Shown in pieces: positions 34,856-38,191 of a DNA stretch of 38,191 nt. Under the pieces are notes generated by a model. The model was not told the origin of the DNA. It saw only the letters and a list, made by a program, of their open reading frames with translations, and did no database searches. Source of the DNA: a virus (lineage: Duplodnaviria > Heunggongvirae > Uroviricota > Caudoviricetes); IMG/VR virus record IMGVR_UViG_2778261450_000003, positions 1 through 38,191 of that record; one strand, written 5' to 3'. Position 1 is the stretch's first letter. The number at the start of each line of letters is the position of its first letter. The position numbers were made by a program, and so were the translations under genes.

Positions 34856-35010
34856 CAGGCCAGCGAACGTTCTGTGTAATTCGTGGTAGTCAACGCTGAT
34901 TTCGACCTGCGGCTTACCTGGAAAAACGAGTAAAACCTTCTGGTGTGGTTTTCGTTTTTCAGGGTTTCTAGTCGTTCCAGTAGCGCTTTATCTGTGCTAT
35001 CAGTATTCAT
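34855..35010 (-). CDS. possible small ORF (51 aa) between the Cox-like gene and the 85-aa gene
   Basis: ORF MNTDSTDKALLERLETLKNENHTRRFYSFFQVSRRSKSALTTTNYTERSLA starting 2 nt after the Cox-like stop and ending TGATG-coupled to the next gene; weak RBS. Confidence 0.25.
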   Translation of the reverse strand: MNTDSTDKALLERLETLKNENHTRRFYSFFQVSRRSKSALTTTNYTERSLA

Positions 35011-35012
35011 GT

Positions 35013-35474
35013 TTATAGCCCTGCCTGCAGTGCACTGATGCTATTGCGTTTTAGAACCCGATGCTCTTTACCGGTTGTGCGGCGATAAGTCTTCTTGTCA
35101 CGCATCAGACGATCAATGTAGTGTTTTTCTTCTGGAGTGATGAGAGCGCGGCAATGAGCAACAGCTTTCCAGTATTCTTGCAACATGATGAAGCGTTTAG
35201 GGCGCTTTGACCCGGGCATGCCTTCTCTATGAACTGGCACCTGCGCACGATCCATCAGGTTGCGCACCGATTTGAGGGTACGACCAGTTAGATAAGCAAA
35301 CTCTTCCGGAGTGGCGAAGATTTGTTTTTGTAGCTCTTCCAGGCTGATGTCTCTGATGCGCGCAGCTTGTGTTTCTGTCATTTTGCAGGTACGCAGAGCT
35401 CGTCCGTTGTCTAGCGGGAACTGACGTAAAAAATGAGTTTCCATATTTAATTCGTTTTCTCGCATTTCTTTCAT
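35013..35474 (-). CDS. Cox-like early regulator with N-terminal extension
   Basis: 153 aa from the ATG at 35474 (GGAG RBS); C-terminal half (TPEEFAYLTGRTLKSVRNLMDRAQVPV...W) resembles P2 Cox (QEFAKLIGKSTGAVRRMIDKGKLPV...W); divergent from the repressor gene. Confidence 0.5.
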   Translation of the reverse strand: MKEMRENELNMETHFLRQFPLDNGRALRTCKMTETQAARIRDISLEELQKQIFATPEEFAYLTGRTLKSVRNLMDRAQVPVHREGMPGSKRPKRFIMLQEYWKAVAHCRALITPEEKHYIDRLMRDKKTYRRTTGKEHRVLKRNSISALQAGL

Positions 35475-35598
35475 TTGATAAACTCCACTGCTTGAGGCTT
35501 GTTGAGGCATGTTTAGCCCAGCAAGCTCTTGGTGTTATGAGCGGTCAACGCCGCTTGCGAGTGTCAATTGATGTATACAATGAGAGATCTGACATATT

Positions 35599-35898
35599 AT
35601 GTCAATACCACTACATGAAAAACTACAGTTAATCCGAGATTCAGAACGCCTTAAATCTAAGCAAGTTGCTGATTTGATTGGTGTAAATTATGGTACGTAC
35701 AACGGTTATGAGTTAGGCAAGGCGAAAATGTCATTGGAGGCTGCGATCAAACTCTTTGGTCATCCCCGTTTCCATAAGTATCAAGATTGGTTCATGTATG
35801 ACCGTATAGACCCTAGCCGAGGTCAGATCGCCCCGGCTCTTGCACACACTGGGCCAGAGACAACACAATCTGGCCCCTCCGGGAAACAGATTGGTTAA
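35599..35898 (+). CDS. immunity repressor, P2 C-like
   Basis: 99-aa ORF; ADLIGVNYGT...YQDWFM...RGQIAPALAHTGPETTQSGPSGKQIG matches remembered P2 C (ADLTGVPYGT...TLWFM...SGQIAPALAHFGQNETTSPHSGQKTG); directly upstream of the integrase. Confidence 0.75.
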   Translation: MSIPLHEKLQLIRDSERLKSKQVADLIGVNYGTYNGYELGKAKMSLEAAIKLFGHPRFHKYQDWFMYDRIDPSRGQIAPALAHTGPETTQSGPSGKQIG

Positions 35899-35967
35899 CG
35901 CTTTATAAACATTACATTTTCACCATTTGTTTTCAGGATGGTGAACTGACTGTTGGAGGGACTTCTT

Positions 35968-36990
35968 GTGTCTGTTAAGAAGCTCGAAGATGGTCGCTAT
36001 GAAGTGGATGTAAGGCCGCGCGGGCGCGACGGAAAGCGTATCCGGCGGAAGTTTGAGAGAAAAGCGGAGGCGCATGCTTTTGAACGAAGCATCATTGCAA
36101 AGTATCAGAACCATGACTACCTGAGTCGTCCTGCAGACAAGCGGCGACTGAGTGAGTTTATCGCTTTGTGGTGGCAGCTCATTGGACGTAATAAGAACTA
36201 CGCTAATCGTAGGCTTAGTGCGTTAAGCTGTATTTGCCAGGATATGGGGGATCCCATGATTTACCAGATTGATGGTCGATGCCTTATCGAATACCGGGCA
36301 TATAGATTGGGGCAAGGTATAAAGGCTTCAACGATTAACCATGATCTTTTTGCTCTGAGCGGTATGTTTAAGGCGATGGCTGAGATCGATGAGTTTCATG
36401 GGGATAATCCTGTAGAGGCAATATCTGCTTTAAAAGAGCCAAAAACTGAGATGTCTTACTTTACCGAGTCTGAGGTTAAGCGGTTATTATCCTTATGCAC
36501 TGGTGATTATTTCCGGATTGCTGTTCTCTTGCTTGCAACTGGTGCGAGGTGGGGTGAGGCTTATCAGCTCAAAGCGGAAAATATTGTGGGTGATAGGGTG
36601 ATATTTACGCTTACAAAAAATGGCGAGCGACGAGTTGTTCCCATTTCAGAGGAGGTTGTAAATATTGTAAGGCATCGAGAATCTGGTCGACTTTTTCGTG
36701 TGAGTTACAAAACTTTTCGTTTAAAAATGAAAGAGGCAAAACCTAATTTACCTGATGGTCAGGCAGCTCATGCATTGCGTCATACGTTTGCTACTCATTT
36801 TATGATGAAGGGCGGGAATATAATTGCGTTACAAAGAATTCTTGGTCACGCAGATATTTCACAAACAATGACATATGCTCATTTTGCACCTGATTATTTA
36901 TTGGATGCAGTGAATTATAATCCTCTTGTGGGAATGTCCACATTGTGTCCACACTTTGGAGGCAAAGTGGGGATTTTAGAGGGTAGTTAA
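35968..36990 (+). CDS. int: tyrosine integrase, P2 Int-like
   Basis: About 340 aa from the GTG at 35968 (GGAGGG RBS; the track's ORF starts at TTG 35953); N-terminus KKLEDGRYEVDVRPRGRDGKRIRRKF and C-terminal HALRHTFATHF...LGH...TMTYAH catalytic region match P2 Int. Confidence 0.85.
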   Translation: MSVKKLEDGRYEVDVRPRGRDGKRIRRKFERKAEAHAFERSIIAKYQNHDYLSRPADKRRLSEFIALWWQLIGRNKNYANRRLSALSCICQDMGDPMIYQIDGRCLIEYRAYRLGQGIKASTINHDLFALSGMFKAMAEIDEFHGDNPVEAISALKEPKTEMSYFTESEVKRLLSLCTGDYFRIAVLLLATGARWGEAYQLKAENIVGDRVIFTLTKNGERRVVPISEEVVNIVRHRESGRLFRVSYKTFRLKMKEAKPNLPDGQAAHALRHTFATHFMMKGGNIIALQRILGHADISQTMTYAHFAPDYLLDAVNYNPLVGMSTLCPHFGGKVGILEGS

Positions 36991-37258
36991 GTCTGTAAAA
37001 TGTTGAATTGGCGCAGTATGTTACGGTACTGCGCCTATTGAGATCCTCCCAGCAAGGGGAAGGTCAAGAAATTAATAAACCAGGCGAGTAAAAGTCCGTA
37101 AAGATTAAAAAATTGGCTCAATTTGCATCAGGATTAGACATTTATCTCTTTGTTTTCCTGAAGTTAAGTTGCGGGTGCTAAGTTAAATCAAGATGCCTGA
37201 AAATCGGCACCGGGGTGAGGAATTACCTCCCGCATCTATAAAAAGGAGTTAACAAAAG

Positions 37259-38191
37259 ATGTTAGATGCAAACAAATTACAGCAGGCAGTGGATCAGGCT
37301 TACACCCAATTTCACTCACTTAACGGCGGACAAAATGCCGACTACATTCCCTTTCTGGCGAATGTACCTAGTCAACTGGCAGCAGTGGCTATTGTGACCT
37401 GCGATGGCAACATCTATCGCGCGGGTGATAGTGATTACCGCTTTGCGCTGGAATCCATCTCGAAAGTCTGTACGTTAGCCCTTGCGTTAGAGGATGTCGG
37501 CCCGCAGGCGGTACAGGACAAAATTGGCGCTGACCCGACCGGATTGCCCTTTAACTCAGTTATCGCCTTAGAGTTGCATGGCGGCAAACCGCTTTCGCCA
37601 CTGGTAAATGCTGGCGCCATTGCCACCACCAGCCTGATTAACGCTGAAAATGTTGAACAACGCTGGCAGCGAATTTTACATATCCAACAGCAACTGGCTG
37701 GTGAGCAGGTAGCGCTCTCTGACGAAGTCAACCAGTCGGAACAAACAACCAACTTCCATAACCGGGCCATTGCCTGGCTGCTGTACTCCGCCGAATATCT
37801 CTATTGTGATGCAATGGAAGCCTGTGACGTGTACACCCGTCAGTGCTCCACGCTCCTCAATACTGTTGAACTGGCAACACTTGGCGCGACGCTGGCGGCG
37901 GGGGGTGTGAATCCGCTGACGCATGAACGCGTTCTTCAGGCCGACAACGTGCCGTACATTCTGGCCGAAATGATGATGGAAGGGCTGTATGGTCGCTCCG
38001 GTGACTGGGCGTATCGCGTTGGTTTACCGGGCAAAAGCGGTGTAGGTGGCGGTATTCTGGCGGTCGTCCCTGGCGTGATGGGAATTGCCGCGTTCTCACC
38101 ACCGCTGGACGAAGAAGGCAACAGTGTTCGCGGTCAAAAAATGGTGGCATCGGTCGCTAAGCAACTCGGCTATAACGTGTTTAAGGGCTGA
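37259..38191 (+). CDS. glsA: glutaminase A (acid-activated glutaminase)
   Basis: 310-aa ORF ending at the window edge, matching remembered E. coli GlsA/YbaS almost throughout (MLDANKLQQAVDQAYTQFHSLNGGQNADYIPFLANVP ... VASVAKQLGYNVFKG). Confidence 0.9.
   Translation: MLDANKLQQAVDQAYTQFHSLNGGQNADYIPFLANVPSQLAAVAIVTCDGNIYRAGDSDYRFALESISKVCTLALALEDVGPQAVQDKIGADPTGLPFNSVIALELHGGKPLSPLVNAGAIATTSLINAENVEQRWQRILHIQQQLAGEQVALSDEVNQSEQTTNFHNRAIAWLLYSAEYLYCDAMEACDVYTRQCSTLLNTVELATLGATLAAGGVNPLTHERVLQADNVPYILAEMMMEGLYGRSGDWAYRVGLPGKSGVGGGILAVVPGVMGIAAFSPPLDEEGNSVRGQKMVASVAKQLGYNVFKG

Larger units (their letters stand above)
1672..37034. mobile_element. P2-family temperate myovirus prophage, apparently complete; boundaries approximate
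   Basis: Contiguous block with P2-like integrase, C repressor, Cox-like, replication protein A, Ogr, portal Q, terminase P, scaffold O, capsid N, small terminase M, head completion L and a full contractile-tail module; host-like glsA starts at 37259; att core repeats could not be identified by eye. Confidence 0.7.

Noticed and set aside
1-38191. Search for CRISPR arrays, rRNA, IS elements or transposases
   Set aside because: No regularly spaced direct repeats, no rRNA-like conserved stretches and no transposase-like ORF were seen.

Overview
The window is dominated by a ~35 kb P2-family temperate myovirus prophage (about 1.7-37.0 kb; exact att ends not resolved), flanked on the right by the glutaminase gene glsA and on the left by an AT-rich acetyltransferase gene and a hok-like type I toxin locus. 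Read right to left, the prophage carries a P2-type immunity region (integrase, C-like repressor, divergent Cox-like gene), an early operon of many small unknown genes with an SPFH lipoprotein plus small membrane partner, a P2 A-type replication endonuclease, a plasmid-type ParM/ParR partition module, and a two-gene AT-rich cassette next to a strong terminator. The late region has an Ogr-like zinc-finger activator, portal and large terminase on the + strand, then on the - strand scaffold, capsid, small terminase, head completion, tail completion, sheath, tube, a lysis cassette inside the tail operon, a tail chaperone with a -1 frameshift extension, tape measure, baseplate genes, two tail fibre/chaperone pairs, two unassigned coupled genes and a hub/spike-like protein. 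The most interesting candidates for undescribed accessory systems are the two-gene cassette at 24.8-25.7 kb, the ParMR module combined with the hok-like toxin, the SPFH module, and the AT-rich convergent small-gene pair at 34.4-34.9 kb. No rRNA, tRNA, CRISPR array or transposase was recognised. All protein calls rest on reading the translations and on gene order; no database search could be run, so family assignments are from memory and att sites are unplaced.
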